DNA of 53,047 bases. It comes from Nemertoderma westbladi. Lineage: Eukaryota > Animalia > Xenacoelomorpha. Shown in pieces: positions 1-12,056 of this stretch. Both the position numbers and the translations under genes were made by a program. The DNA is taken from NCBI GenBank assembly GCA_032718475.1, contig JAUCBJ010000152.1:1-53047 (forward strand). The letters run 5' to 3'. The notes beneath the pieces were generated by a model, which was given only the letters and a program-made list of their open reading frames with translations, was not told where the DNA came from and did not search any database. Numbering within the stretch: the stretch's first letter is position 1; each line of letters begins with the position of its first letter.

Positions 1-155
1 CTCCCGGGAATTTCCAGCGGGTGAATGGTCGCGCACGGATTGGTTTCGACTAGTGTAGTGAATCAAATACTTGTCATAGACTAAAAAGCGATTTATTATC
101 TAGAAGACATTCTAATTTGGCGGGTTAAACTGCCAAAGGTCTGAAAGCGCGAACA
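1..155 (+). mobile_element. 3' end of an LTR (3' or solo LTR), diverged relative of the LTR at 49741-50587
   Basis: Aligns by eye with the reverse complement of ~49741-49910 (ctcccggg, cgggtgaatg, ggttaaactgc, aaaggtct, aagcgcgaaca). Ends ...GCGCGAACA and no tRNA PBS follows. Confidence 0.7.
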
Positions 156-460
156 GGGTCAGCCAAAATCTGACGTCAGCATGTTCATTTATAGGTGCTA
201 CAGTAGAAGAGATATAGCAGAAGAGTAAATAGCTTGCCTATTTTAATTGTTCGAAGCCCCCGAAGGCCCCTAGCATGACCTTCTGTTTCAGTTACCAGTC
301 ACCATGTTTCAGTGATTAGGACGCGAAACTTTTTTTAATCTGATTTAGGGGAGGGGGGGGGGGGGGGGGGGTCAACGCCTATCTGATGACATCTGATTTA
401 GGGGATGGAGGGGGTCAACATTTTGGGGAAAAGTGCAGACGCCATATTTGGACGGCCCCT
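156..460. mobile_element. Probable end of a non-autonomous DNA transposon (ends ATTTGGACGGCCCCT) interrupted by the LTR
   Basis: Repeated atctga motifs, G-runs and a terminus resembling AGGGGCCGTCCA-type TIRs. The partner TIR is not in the window. Confidence 0.3.
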
Positions 461-1191
461 AGTTTCTGGGTCACTTTGACCTTTTGGCACCAATAATTTT
501 CTAAAATATATTACATACATGAATGTCTGGCAAAAAAGTCAAAGTGATGATTATTGTTAATTGTATAGATGATATTGTATACAATGATACCATGATTCAG
601 TGAGTGACACCACCCAATCTTCCCGTTTTTCTATAAATATCCATGAGATTGCATGAAATTTGAAACAGAAATACTTTTACCTTCCAACTGTTTAGCGGTT
701 GAGTCGGAATTTTCGCTTTGAATCTTTTTGCTACAAGCGGTTAAAAAGGGATATAATAATTACCTTGAAAATCATGATAATAAAATTTAAATGTTAAAGT
801 TCCATTAATAATGGATTTTTTGTAACCGAGAAGTGGAACAGAAACATTATATTTATAATTTCTTTTGACATTATTAGTTTGCAATAAACTGGGTTTGTCC
901 AATGTGGCAGCAGACGATAGTAATAAGAGCGAAAATCATTAAAAATAAGTTTTTGATCAAACGTAAAGTTATTGAAACATTTATAACGGCAGCCACATAC
1001 TACTCGGTGTTGGTGACTTACTATCAATGAATTTTCCCACCCTATTAGAATAAGATTCCCCTGCGGCTCTGGACTTTAATTCTAGATAGATGATTTTCTA
1101 GAGATTCACCTTTTGAACCCCATTTGGGTTTTGTTACATTTAACCTAGTCTCACCACGATTCATGCTGGAGACAACCTCCGTAATACATTA

Positions 1192-1255
1192 CAGGCCACC
1201 AGAAAATATTTTTTTTTAACATTGTATAACAAAATATATATTTTCTGGTGGCCTG
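1192..1255. mobile_element. 64-bp miniature TIR element with TA TSD (Tc1/mariner-type ends)
   Basis: TA|CAGGCCACCAGAAAATAT ... ATATTTTCTGGTGGCCTG|TA, a perfect 18-bp inverted repeat. Confidence 0.65.
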
Positions 1256-1334
1256 TACTGTAGTATCAAATCCTTCCTACACTTTTTCATCATCGTAACT
1301 TTCTTCAAGTAAATAGTCATTGTCAACAATCTCG

Positions 1335-1635
1335 TTCATTGAGATATTGTATTCTCGCTATGGAGACATTACAACATCAGGGGTCATTGAGACATTGTAT
1401 TCTCGCTCTGGAGACATTACAACATCAGGGGTCATTGAGACATTGTATTCTCGCTCTGGAGACATTACAACATCAGGGGTCATTGAGACATTGTATTCTC
1501 GCTCTGGAGACATTACAACATCAGGGGTCATTGAGACATTGTATTCTCGCTCTGGAGACATTACAACATCAGGGGTCATTGAGACATTGTATTCTCGCTC
1601 TGGAGACATTACAAATCAGGCGTCATTGAGATATT
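1335..1635 (+). repeat. 48-bp minisatellite, about 6 copies
   Basis: Unit GTCATTGAGACATTGTATTCTCGCTCTGGAGACATTACAACATCAGGG; the inner copies look identical. Confidence 0.95.
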
Positions 1636-1852
1636 AGTCTGTGATAATGGCAGTTATAATTCTATTGTTAATAGGTCTATCATGCTTGTTGGTTCTAGAA
1701 TTTCTAGCAACTCATTGGGTAAAAGTCCTCTGTACATACTCATAGTTTATGATATTACAAATAGATTTATTTGTATTTCTTAATAGTAATTTGTATTAAT
1801 TATAGGCCTTTAAATAACATTAAGTATTATAGTAATATTAATAAAAAGTAAG

Positions 1853-2109
1853 CAAAGCAAAGCAAACAGTCGGCCGAAGCCGGAGGCGACCCGAAGGCTC
1901 CTCTTTCGATAGCTGCTACCCGAGGGTAGGGGTGGTCGCTACTCCTACCCCAAGATTTGCTCCCAGTTATTTAACTGGTACTCATTTTATCGACCCCAGT
2001 GGATGAAAGGCTGAGTGGACCCTGACGGGGCTGAACCTACAACCAATAGATTGCAGGCCCGGCGCTCAGCCAACTGAGCTACCCTGCCGTAGGGGTAGAA
2101 TAAAAAGTG
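1853..2109 (-). mobile_element. tRNA-derived SINE with a Meta-domain-like core and (GCTTT)n tail
   Basis: Minus strand: tRNA-like head from 2088 (A box TAGCTCAGTTGG, B-box-like GGTTCAGCCC), core ACTCAGCCTTTCATCCACTGGGGTCGATAAAATGAGTACCAG, short repeat tail. 14-bp TSD TAATAAAAAGTAAG at 1839-1852 and 2110-2123. Confidence 0.8.
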
Positions 2110-2865
2110 TAATAAAAAGTAAGATGTCTTAAATATAGCCAAATCAGTTTTTTCAATAATGTTAACCACCAATCTATTGATGCGTTTGAACTCTTAATGA
2201 TTAATTACTACAGTAAACCTAATATGATAATAATAAAATATTTAAATTTAAAATAATATAAATAAATTGAATTATCCATTCCCCTGGACCCACATTGGTA
2301 CATTTGGTTCCAAGTGTATCTACTCAGAAAATCCTCTTCCTAGAGAGAGTATTTTTACATTAACCGTAACACACGGTTCTCAGCCTTATCCGTGCATATA
2401 TAAAGTTACCCGCCGTATTACATCCGGTCCGAGCTACGGTGTTAAGTAATATTCCAATTATTGCATAAAATAGGAGGTGTACTGCATAATGTAGAACTTT
2501 ATATGGCGGGCCCCAGATGTGAGAATGCTTTATAATCCAGATGAGAAGAATACATTACTACAGACGTGTTCCAGAATCTAGTTTATTGATACTGAGTTAG
2601 TAAATTTAGTTCAGTTGCTGCAAATTTAATAACTTTACAGGAGGATATACCAGAGCAATGATAAGTTGACATAACGTAACAAAATACAGTAACAACATCG
2701 GATGCAAGTACTTGCATTAATTTAGTCTCAATTTAGCTATTCCTTACAACACTAGCTGGCAAAAATAGACACCGTATGTAATCAAATTGTTGCAATGCTA
2801 ACAGAATTGCATTCCATCAGTATACTACGGAGCCCCTAAAGGGACATGGGTTTCCCCCTTTTTTT

Positions 2866-3325
2866 CTAAGTCCGGCCCGGAGATACTATCTCAGGCCCGG
2901 AGATACTAAGTCCGGCCCGGAGATACTATCTCAGGCCCGGAGATACTATCCAGCCCGGAGATACTAAGTCCGGTCGGGAGATACTATCTCAGGCCCGGAG
3001 ATACTAAGTCCGGCCCGGAGATACTATCTCAGGCCCTGAGATACTAAGTCCGGCCCGGAGATACTATCTCAGGCCCTGAGATACTAAGTCCGGCCCGGAG
3101 ATACTATCTCAGGCCCTGAGATACTAAGTCCGGCCCGGAGATACTATCTCAGGCCCGGAGATAGTAAGTCCGGCCCGGAGATACTATCTCAGGCCCTGAG
3201 ATACTAAGTCCGGCCCGGAGATACTATCTCAGGCCCTGAGATACTAAGTCCGGCCCGGAGATACTATCTCAGGCCCGGAGATACTAAGTCCGGCCCGGAG
3301 AAACTATCTCAGGCCCGGAGATACT
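2866..3325 (+). repeat. Left arm of foldback A: 40-bp unit made of two related 20-mers
   Basis: CCCGGAGATACTAAGTCCGG alternating with CCCGGAGATACTATCTCAGG. Confidence 0.95.
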
Positions 3326-3492
3326 CTGCCATCTCATACAGTTACTATAGTTTATGGGGTAGCCAATACTTCAAAGCTGCTTGTCATACTCATATCATCT
3401 CATTCAGGCCTTTGTGAGTGACCGTGGTCTATTTGCTTCGGTTTACATACACCTCTGTTGCAGTTTAACTTTACGCGGCTATTCAGCCATTG

Positions 3493-4986
3493 GGTTGTAT
3501 TGAAAAATATCGAGACATGAAAAATATCGAGAGTAAAAATAACGCGAGTAAAAACATCGAGTGTTGAAAAATAACGATAATATCGAGAGTTCAAAAAATA
3601 TCAGAGAGTAAAAATATCGAGGGTAAAAATATCGAGAGTAAAAATACCGAGTGTTGAAAAATATCGAGAGTAAAAATATCGAGAGTAAAAATATCGAGTG
3701 TTGAAAAATATCGAGAGTAAAAATATCGAGTGTTGAAAAATATCGAGTGTTGAAAAATATCGAGAGTAAAAATATCGAGTGTTGAAAAATATCGAGAGTA
3801 AAAATATCGAGTGTTGAAAAATATCGAGAGTAAAAATATCGAGTGTTGAAAAATATCGAGAGTAAAAATATCGAGTGTTGAAAAATATCGAGTGTTGAAA
3901 AATATCGAGTGTTGAAAAATATCGAGTGTTGAAAAATATCGAGTGTTGAAAAATATCGAGAGTAAAAATATCGAGTGTTGAAAAATATAGAATGTTGAAA
4001 AATATCGAGAGTAAAAATATCTATAGTAACAATTTTTTTAAATAAGGGTTGTATGATAATTTTTTTTCACTAAAAATGTTCTAGAACAACAATATTTATC
4101 AACATTTGGTAGCTTATACGTGTTCTATATATTTTAAAATATATATATTTACAAAATTTATCTAGACTTTTTTATAATATTTATCAAAATTTATAGCTAG
4201 CACTTCTTTTATAATATTTATTAAAAAAATAGCAAAAACTAGCTAGTATAATAAATCTGGTAAATGGGTACCACATTATCGGTATTACATAATGCCATTC
4301 ACTTGCACTTGCACTGTTGTAACCCATGCACTGCAATATTGTTCCATAATTCTAAATAAAATGCTCAAGCAAAATGCAATATTTTTACTCTTGATATTTT
4401 TCAACACTCGATATTTTTCAACACTCGATATTTTTACTCTCGATATTTTTCAACACTCGATATTTTTACTCTCGATATTTTTCAACACTCGATATTTTTC
4501 AACACTCGATATTTTTACTCTCGATATTTTTCAACACTCGATATTTTTACCTCTATTTTTACTCTCGATATTTTTCAACACTCGATATTTTTACTCTCGA
4601 TATTTTTACTCTCGATATTTTTCAACACTCGATATTTTTCAACACTCGATATTTTTCAACACTCGATATTTTTCAACACTCGATATTTTTACTCTCGATA
4701 TTTTTCAACACTCGATATTTTTACTCTCGATATTTTTCAACACTCGATATTTTTACTCTCGATATTTTTCAACACTCGATATTTTTACTCTCGATATTTT
4801 TCAACACTCGATATTTTTCAACACTCGATATTTTTACCTCGATATTTTTCATCTCGCGTTATTTTTACTCTCGATATTTTTTAATCACGTTAATTTTCAA
4901 CACTCATTATTTTTACTCTCGATATTTTTACTCTCGTTATTTTTACTCTCGATATTTTTCAAGTCTCGATATTTTTCACCATTACC
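3493..4986. mobile_element. Non-autonomous foldback DNA transposon, family B (Merlin-like ends), copy 1, nested in foldback A
   Basis: 8-bp TSD AGCCATTG (3485-3492, 4987-4994). Termini GGTTGTATTGAAAAATATCGAGA / TCTCGATATTTTTCACCATTACC. Inverted arms of 15-bp and 17-bp TCGA-containing units around a ~360-bp AT-rich spacer. Confidence 0.88.
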
Positions 4987-5351
4987 AGCCATTGCCTCCA
5001 AATAATATGGAATGTTCTTATTATTGGTAGTTCATTTCTGTAGCCGTAGAAGGGTATTATCATTAAGTAAATGCCCGTTGGTAGGTCGGCTTTTATTCAA
5101 TGGCACGGGGTCATGCCTCCCTCCAGATATGTAATTACTTTGTATTGTGCTGTGCTAACAATACTCTTGTGTCTCCATATTAAATATCTCACAAATTGAA
5201 ATGTGAAACTTAATTTCCATGTTCCCGTCAAGATGTCTGTACTTGTAGAACAGCCATTGATCTGGAATTAACCCAGTTAGCTGATTGGCTGCAATTTGTT
5301 TCTGTTGATTGCTGTGTCAGCGCTATAACATCTATGAACCTGTTCTGTATT

Positions 5352-6072
5352 TTATCTCCGGGCCTGAGATAGTATCTCCGGGCCGGACTTAGTATCTCAG
5401 GGCCTGAGATATTATCTCCGGGCCGGACTTAGTATCTCAGGGCCTGAGATAGTATCTCCGGACCGGACTTAGTATCTCCGGGCCTGAGATAGTATCTCCG
5501 GGCCGGACTTAGTATCTCAGGGCCTGAGATAGTATCTCCGGGCCGGACTTAGTATCTCCGGGCCTGAGATAGTATCTCCGGGCCGGACTTAGTATCTCAG
5601 GGCCTGAGATAGTATCTCCGGGCCGGACTTAGTATCTCCGGGCCTGAGATAGTATCTCCGGGCCGGACTTAGTATCTCAGGGCCTGAGATAGTATCTCCG
5701 GGCCGGACTTAGTATCTCAGGGCCTGAGATAGTATCTCCGGGCCGGACTTAGTATCTCCGGGCCTGAGATAGTATCTCCGGGCCGGACTTAGTATTTCAG
5801 GGCCTGAGATAGTATCTCCGGGCCGGACTTAGTATCTCCGGGCCTGAGATAGTATCTCCGGGCCGGACTTAGTATCTCAGGGCCTGAGATAGTATCTCCG
5901 GGCCGGACTTAGTATCTCCGGGCCTGAGATAGTATCTCCGGGCCGGACTTAGTATCTCAGGGCCTGAGATAGTATCTCCGGGCCGGACTTAGTATCTCCG
6001 GGCCTGAGATAGTATCTCCGGGCCGGACTTAGTATCTCCGGGCCTGAGATAGTATCTCCGGGGCGGACTTAG
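5352..6072 (-). repeat. Right arm of foldback A (inverted 40-bp array, longer than the left arm)
   Basis: Reverse complement of the 2866-3325 units. Confidence 0.95.
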
Positions 6073-6416
6073 AAAAAAAAGGGGGAAACCCATGTCCCTT
6101 TAGGGGCTCCGTAGTATACCGATATATCCGGACTAGTGAAAGATTTAAGGAAAGGAGAAACTTAACAAATATATATAAAATAAATAAATAAAATGTATTG
6201 CAAATAAATATACAAAACTTTTTGTTTATAAAAAGTGTAGAATCTTATTTATTAAAGAATTCCATCACTTCCATAAATAATAGGATAAACTATCGCTGTT
6301 TGAAATATAATAATATATCCAGCAATATTATCGAATACGACGTATTGAGAATGGTAAATTAAAACGTTCAATTATTATGTGTATTGGTGTAGGTTAACCT
6401 TACAACATGTATGAGT

Positions 6417-8552
6417 GGGTCGTTCTCACAAAAAGTGGCCAAACTTTTATGTCAAAATGTCCATGCATTCGCACTGTTATATTTCCAAACGACACAGATT
6501 TAACCCCATGAACCTATATACCAATTGGAAGAGCGGAAATCTGCTCATATTTCAGCAAATTTTCAACAGATTCCATTCACAACCTAGAGAATGACACCAT
6601 TTCAAATATCGAAAATGTATGTTTTTTGAAATGTCACATTGAATTGTTTTGAAATATTTGGCTTCTGAGCTAAAGTAATGAAAGCAAAGGTTCCACATAC
6701 CATACATCAAAATAAAGCAAATTTAATGCTCTTTCACATACTATTGGTGGTTTTCAACCGAAGCTACTCACATTTTATATATTTACTATTTACTAAAAAT
6801 TAATTACGCCGTCACTAGCATTTTGTCCACCATGTAACGCTCGTTTTTATGACATGGTTTTTTTATATTTGTTCACAACATCTCCAAGTGAGATATTTCT
6901 AAACGGCGATTTATTTAGCTATCAGCAGGTAAAAAAATTATAAGAATTCGTTCATTAGAACTCGAGGGTTGTGCGAAAACGTAAATCTACATAAAATACC
7001 GTCATTAGGAATGTCCTCAATGTAACGCTACTTTGAATAGCGATAACTTTTGCTTTACTAATCATATCGACACCATTGAGGGCTCATATGAAAGAGCAAT
7101 CGCAGATCTATCGAATCATATATTTGATTTTAATATAGTTTCAAAACAGACTATAGTCAACGCCATGCTAATGAAAAATGTCTTCAATGTCCATCATGTA
7201 ACGCATGTAACGCTGTCACAATCAATAGCGTTACACTTGAGACATGGCCATCATGTAACGTAGTTGGGCCTGAACATACCAAGCAGTACGAGTGGCGTTT
7301 CTTTTTACAAATTAGGCAGTCAGGGTCAAATTAACAATAGTCGATGGTTTCTGGTTTTCAGTATTTAGTATAAACTACTGTAGTAGTAATATTATCTGTT
7401 GTAGTCTGTATTACCTAGTACCTAAAGGGTTTAGGAAAAGCTCATGAGCTTGTTTACCTTTCTTTATTTCGGTTCTAAAACAGTACTTCTTAATCGTCAT
7501 GCAATTACAATTGTCAAACGGAATTAAGCGTGTTGTGTCCGGTAAGAACTTCTCGATTGAATTTAGTGATGGTGTTACACGTGAAGGACATAGAGATTAA
7601 GTTAGTGATGGGATGGCGTTACACGTGAAGGACTTAGAGATTAAGTTAGTGATGGCGTTACACGTGAAGGACTTAGAGATTGAGTTAGTGATGTCGTTAC
7701 ACGTGAAGGACTTAGAGATTAAGTTAGTGATGGCGTTACACGTGAAGGACTTAGAGATTAAGTTAGTGATAGCGTTACACGTGAAGGACATAGAGATTAA
7801 GTTAGTGATGGCGTTACACGTGAAGGACTTAGTTACACGTGAAGGACATAGAGATTAAGTTAGTGATGGGATGGCGTTACACGTGAAGGACTTAGAGATT
7901 AAGTTAGTGATGGCGTTACACGTGAAGGACTTAGAGATTGAGTTAGTGATGGCGTTACACGTGAAGGACTTAGTTACACGTGAAGGAATTAGAGATTACG
8001 TTAGTGATGGTTTTAAGGATTCCGTTAACTATTTTGTACAATTAGTGTTACGTTACAATATTATGTATATTCAATATTCACATTGTATGTATGCAATAAT
8101 ACAAACTAAATAATTTGCAAATTTGAAAAATATTATTTTCAGCCATTGGGTCGATAAATCCTTAGTTTACGGTTAATAATGAAAGTGACATTACATGACA
8201 TACAAGCGACTGTTGAATTTCTGGTATATATTTAAAATGTCAAATCCTGGATACTGATTGGCTAACAAGTAGCGTTACATTCGAGACAACGAGTTTGATT
8301 GTGGGCGTTCTGTGAAATGAAGGCTTCTGATTGGCTAACAAGTAGCGTTACACCAAGGACAAAATGTTACATTGTGGACATTAGTTTTTCGCGAATAAAA
8401 CCTTACGACTTTACTAAAAAAACGGCCCACTAGTGTATTCGAAATCGCCTCATCGAGTGCTCTCGAAATATGTATATATTTACATGGTTTTGACAAAAAA
8501 AAAATTGACAATTTTTTCTCAAAATTTTGGCCACTTTTTGTGAGAACAACCC
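6417..8552. mobile_element. Non-autonomous DNA transposon with 4-bp TSD and GGG termini (Sola-like)
   Basis: TIR GGGTCGTTCTCACAAAAAGTGGCCAAA / TTTGGCCACTTTTTGTGAGAACAACCC (1 mismatch). TSD GAGT at 6413-6416 and 8553-8556. No transposase ORF. Confidence 0.82.
7563..8010 (+). repeat. 39-bp minisatellite inside the 6417-8552 element
   Basis: Unit ATGGCGTTACACGTGAAGGACTTAGAGATTAAGTTAGTG, about 11 copies with truncated variants; each contains CACGTG. Confidence 0.93.
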
Positions 8553-10748
8553 GAGTATTCTAAACAAGTATTATTACTCTTAAATCAACATGAATTAAAC
8601 TAAAACTAAACCACAAATAATATCAAAACAATTAAATATAATTCACTACTCCTATATACTACTACTTACTACTACTTCTATATATTTACAGTTGTATTAT
8701 TTATATTGGTTGAATTGGAAGTCGTTCAAAGGACATTATTTACTCCGCCAAAATATGAAATACAACTAGTTATAAATGAAAATGACTAGCTTTAGTTATT
8801 CAAAATATTATAACTAGAAATTATATTATTAACTAACAACTTAAATCTATAACTGAAGATGATGCTTCAAATGTAATTACTTACCAAAAATCTATACAAA
8901 CAGAATAATTTAATACGGGTATGTAAATTGTATTAATTATGTATGTAAAGTTTATAAGTTATGTAGTACAATGTCATCCCATTACAATTCATAAAACTAC
9001 AAGTTGTATTGATATACCCCCCCCCCCCCCCCTCCCATTCCATCGAATAGTTATAATTTGTGACTTTAACATTTATATTAAAAGGGAGTGTGCTCAGAAT
9101 GGTTATTGCTAATGGTATATAATTGGAACACATACACTATACAATTTAATACATGTAGGCGTATGCATTCTAGGGCGTATAATCGCATAAGCCTCACACA
9201 CGTCCGTGGCATACGGTAAGCAGCTAAGTATATTCACAAAGAGGAATGCAATATTTATTACTAATGAGAAAACAAGATGTTGCCAATAATAATTAATATT
9301 GACAGAAATATTTAGTTTGCAAAATTAATATAATTTTGTACCGTACTGATCCTCTACTAGCCAAAAGCAGACAAACAATGTAAATATAATATACTGTTTT
9401 ATTTAACTTAAAGGTATTCTGCACACTTTTATTTGGATCACCTCAAATACTATGTAATGGTACACAAACAATAAAGTTAATGGCGCATATTTACTTCTTA
9501 AAAATTAATTTAATTTAAAACATTAAGGGAAATGAGCAGGTTATAGAAGCCAAAACAGTAAACGGAACTTTAGTATTTCACTTGCAGTTAATAATTTGCG
9601 CCACCATCTGAATCATCAATGTTAGCTATAAATTTTAAGTAAGGTTTTTTGGAACATAAAAATATATCATATATATATAATAGAGTTTCTGAGAATTAGT
9701 TAAAAAAACTATTAAAATATCGGCTCGTTTATATTGTAAAATTTAAAGGCCTATAATAGTGACCCTTTACATATAAAAAAATGAAATCATTATTTTGAAT
9801 AGATTTATTATTCAACAGTGCAAATAATATTAAATTAACAGTTTTTCATTTTTATAGAAAAAGAAGCACATTTTTTTTAAATTCTAAGCTTAAAAAAAAA
9901 GAAAATAAAGACATTGAATTTAAATAAATGTAATTATTAATTCTTCGTTATTTTATTATAAAAATTCATAATTTTCATGACAATTAATACCATATAATAT
10001 GTATGAATAATAGAACATAAAAAAAACGAACGTTCTCAGAAACAGTAATATATATATATATATATGGCAGAAATCGGTTACAAGAAATTTTTACTATTTA
10101 TTGTAATTCAAACTCCTTTTTTAGAGGAGGCGGTATATGAAACTCTAAAATAAGAAAATAGAGTAATAATTAGAATTACATGTCGTAGCCGGTATCTATA
10201 AAATATTTTCTATGGATTTGTGAGCAGTGATTCAACCTACAGTATATATGTACATATACCGGAATATATAATTAGTTTATTTTCGAAAATACATTCTTGC
10301 ATCAAACACATTCAGCTTACAAATTAACATTTAAAATCAAAATGTATATATTTAGGAAAAACGTCAAATACGTACGTACATACTGGTACATCACATAGAA
10401 ACTATATAATTCAACTCATCAAGCGCTGCTTCAGTAACAGTATAGGAACAGTAAATATTACATGATAAAAAGTAAAACAGCCATTCATAAACAAATCATC
10501 AATAAATGAGTATATACCGATAGCGATCACTCCTCTATAACTTGTAGCGACAACCACAATCCATTACGATTCCATTAAGACATACAATAGATGCTGAAGA
10601 AGAATTCACTAGTGTATTACATAAATGACAGATATATATAGTCTTTGGATCTGACTGACAACACAATCTCAGTATGAAGAGACAAAGCGGTAGTATCAGT
10701 TTCACGCAGTATTAATGATCGCAACATACTCTAAAGGTTGTCACAGAA

Positions 10749-12056
10749 TCAATCTTCTTCCCCATCAGATTGTCCATCTTCTAGAGTTTCCTGCTGTTGT
10801 ACTGCAGCTAGTTGTTGCTGTTGCATGTGGAGTTGCAGCTGATGCTGCAATACAAGCTGCTGCTGTTGTTGTTGTAACTGCTGCTCCTGTTGCATGCGAA
10901 GTCGTTGCTGCATCAGTTGTTGATCTGTGTCAGCCTGGACATGAATTTGCTGTTGCTGTGTGCTATCTTGTTGAATGCGAATTTGCTGTTGCTGATCATT
11001 AGGCTCCTGTTGTTGCTCTTGTTGCTGTTGTATTCGTAGTTGTTCTTGCTGCTGCTGAAGAAGAAGCAAATGCTGCTGCTGCAGCTGTTGCTGTTGTAAT
11101 TGTTGTAACTGCTGCAGTTGCTGTTGCTGGGCAAGTTGCTGAGAAGAGTTTGCTGGTTGTTGTGGTGGTGTTGCTGGGTCTTGGGCAACAGACCCACTTC
11201 CACTTGAACTTGGTACGCTTGGTTGGTTATCCTTAACAGCAGATTTCGCTTTAACCTTTCCCGATTTTCCCCTATCATATTCTTCTTTTACAAGCTGGTA
11301 CTTGGCCTTCTCTTCTTGTGCCCGAAGTGCATACTTTGCTTTAGTCTCAGGGTCTATAGCGCGCCACATAGCCCCAAGTTCCACACTAAACTTAGCAACA
11401 GACCAGTCTGGATGTTCTTCTCTGAGTTTGGGACGGTTATCCCCGGAGAATATAAAGAATGCAGACTGCGCACGCTTTGGGGAATCAGGGTCCCTTTTCC
11501 TTGCCTTAACTTTGCCCCCCAACATTTCAACATCTCTCATATAGCGAACTTTATCATTCTCGGCCAACTCTTTATAAGGTGATTTGTCTTCTATAGACAT
11601 TGCATTCCATTTGGAAGAACAAGCAAGGCTAAATTCCTTAAAATCAACACTGCCTCCTGGGTCAGCAACTTTAAGGCGCTCTCGTTCCATCTTCACAAAG
11701 AAAGCATATGCAGACATTCGACCTTTTGGTTTAGCATCAGCTTTCTTTGGGGGCGGTTTTGTAGCGACCCTTGATGATGAAGGCGCAGGGGCTGGTGGCT
11801 GCACTATGTACTGTGGTGCTGCCACTACTGCCATTGGTTTGGTTGTCGCCACCTGTTGGGGTTGAGTTGCGAGCATAAAATTCCCAGCAGGTTGTTGAGA
11901 TCCAGCAGGGACAGCAGTGTAAAATTGAGGCTGCTGTCCCGTGTTCGCCATGTATGCTGCTGCTTGTGCAGCTGCAAACTGTTGCGGAGTGTACTGAACT
12001 ACACCTTGAGGAGTTGTTTGGTTATATTGACCTCCACTTCCTTGAAACCAATCCAT
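10749..12056 (-). CDS. HMGB/DSP1-like double HMG-box protein, paralogue 1 (435 aa), single ORF, C-terminal polyQ and short acidic end
   Basis: Box A KPKGRMSAYAFFV...FKEFSLACSSKWNAMS...DKVRY; linker KRDPDSPKR; box B AQSAFFIFSGDNRPKLREEHPDWSVAKFSVELGAMW. Open from ATG to stop. Confidence 0.93.
   Translation of the reverse strand: MDWFQGSGGQYNQTTPQGVVQYTPQQFAAAQAAAYMANTGQQPQFYTAVPAGSQQPAGNFMLATQPQQVATTKPMAVVAAPQYIVQPPAPAPSSSRVATKPPPKKADAKPKGRMSAYAFFVKMERERLKVADPGGSVDFKEFSLACSSKWNAMSIEDKSPYKELAENDKVRYMRDVEMLGGKVKARKRDPDSPKRAQSAFFIFSGDNRPKLREEHPDWSVAKFSVELGAMWRAIDPETKAKYALRAQEEKAKYQLVKEEYDRGKSGKVKAKSAVKDNQPSVPSSSGSGSVAQDPATPPQQPANSSQQLAQQQQLQQLQQLQQQQLQQQHLLLLQQQQEQLRIQQQQEQQQEPNDQQQQIRIQQDSTQQQQIHVQADTDQQLMQQRLRMQQEQQLQQQQQQLVLQHQLQLHMQQQQLAAVQQQETLEDGQSDGEED

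Larger units (their letters stand above)
2823..6116. mobile_element. Non-autonomous foldback DNA transposon, family A
   Basis: TIR TACTACGGAGCCCCTAAAGGGACATGGGTTTCCCCC at 2823 with its reverse complement ending at 6116. Flanked by TA (or TATA if the ends are CTAC..GTAG). Long inverted tandem-repeat arms. Confidence 0.9.

Noticed and set aside
2015-2088. Functional tRNA gene (also ~26915-26990)
   Set aside because: Acceptor and anticodon stems do not pair properly and the sequence runs into a SINE body; the first copy has a TSD.
1335-8010. CRISPR-like appearance of the 48-, 40- and 39-bp arrays
   Set aside because: Head-to-tail repeats without unique spacers, no cas genes, eukaryotic context.
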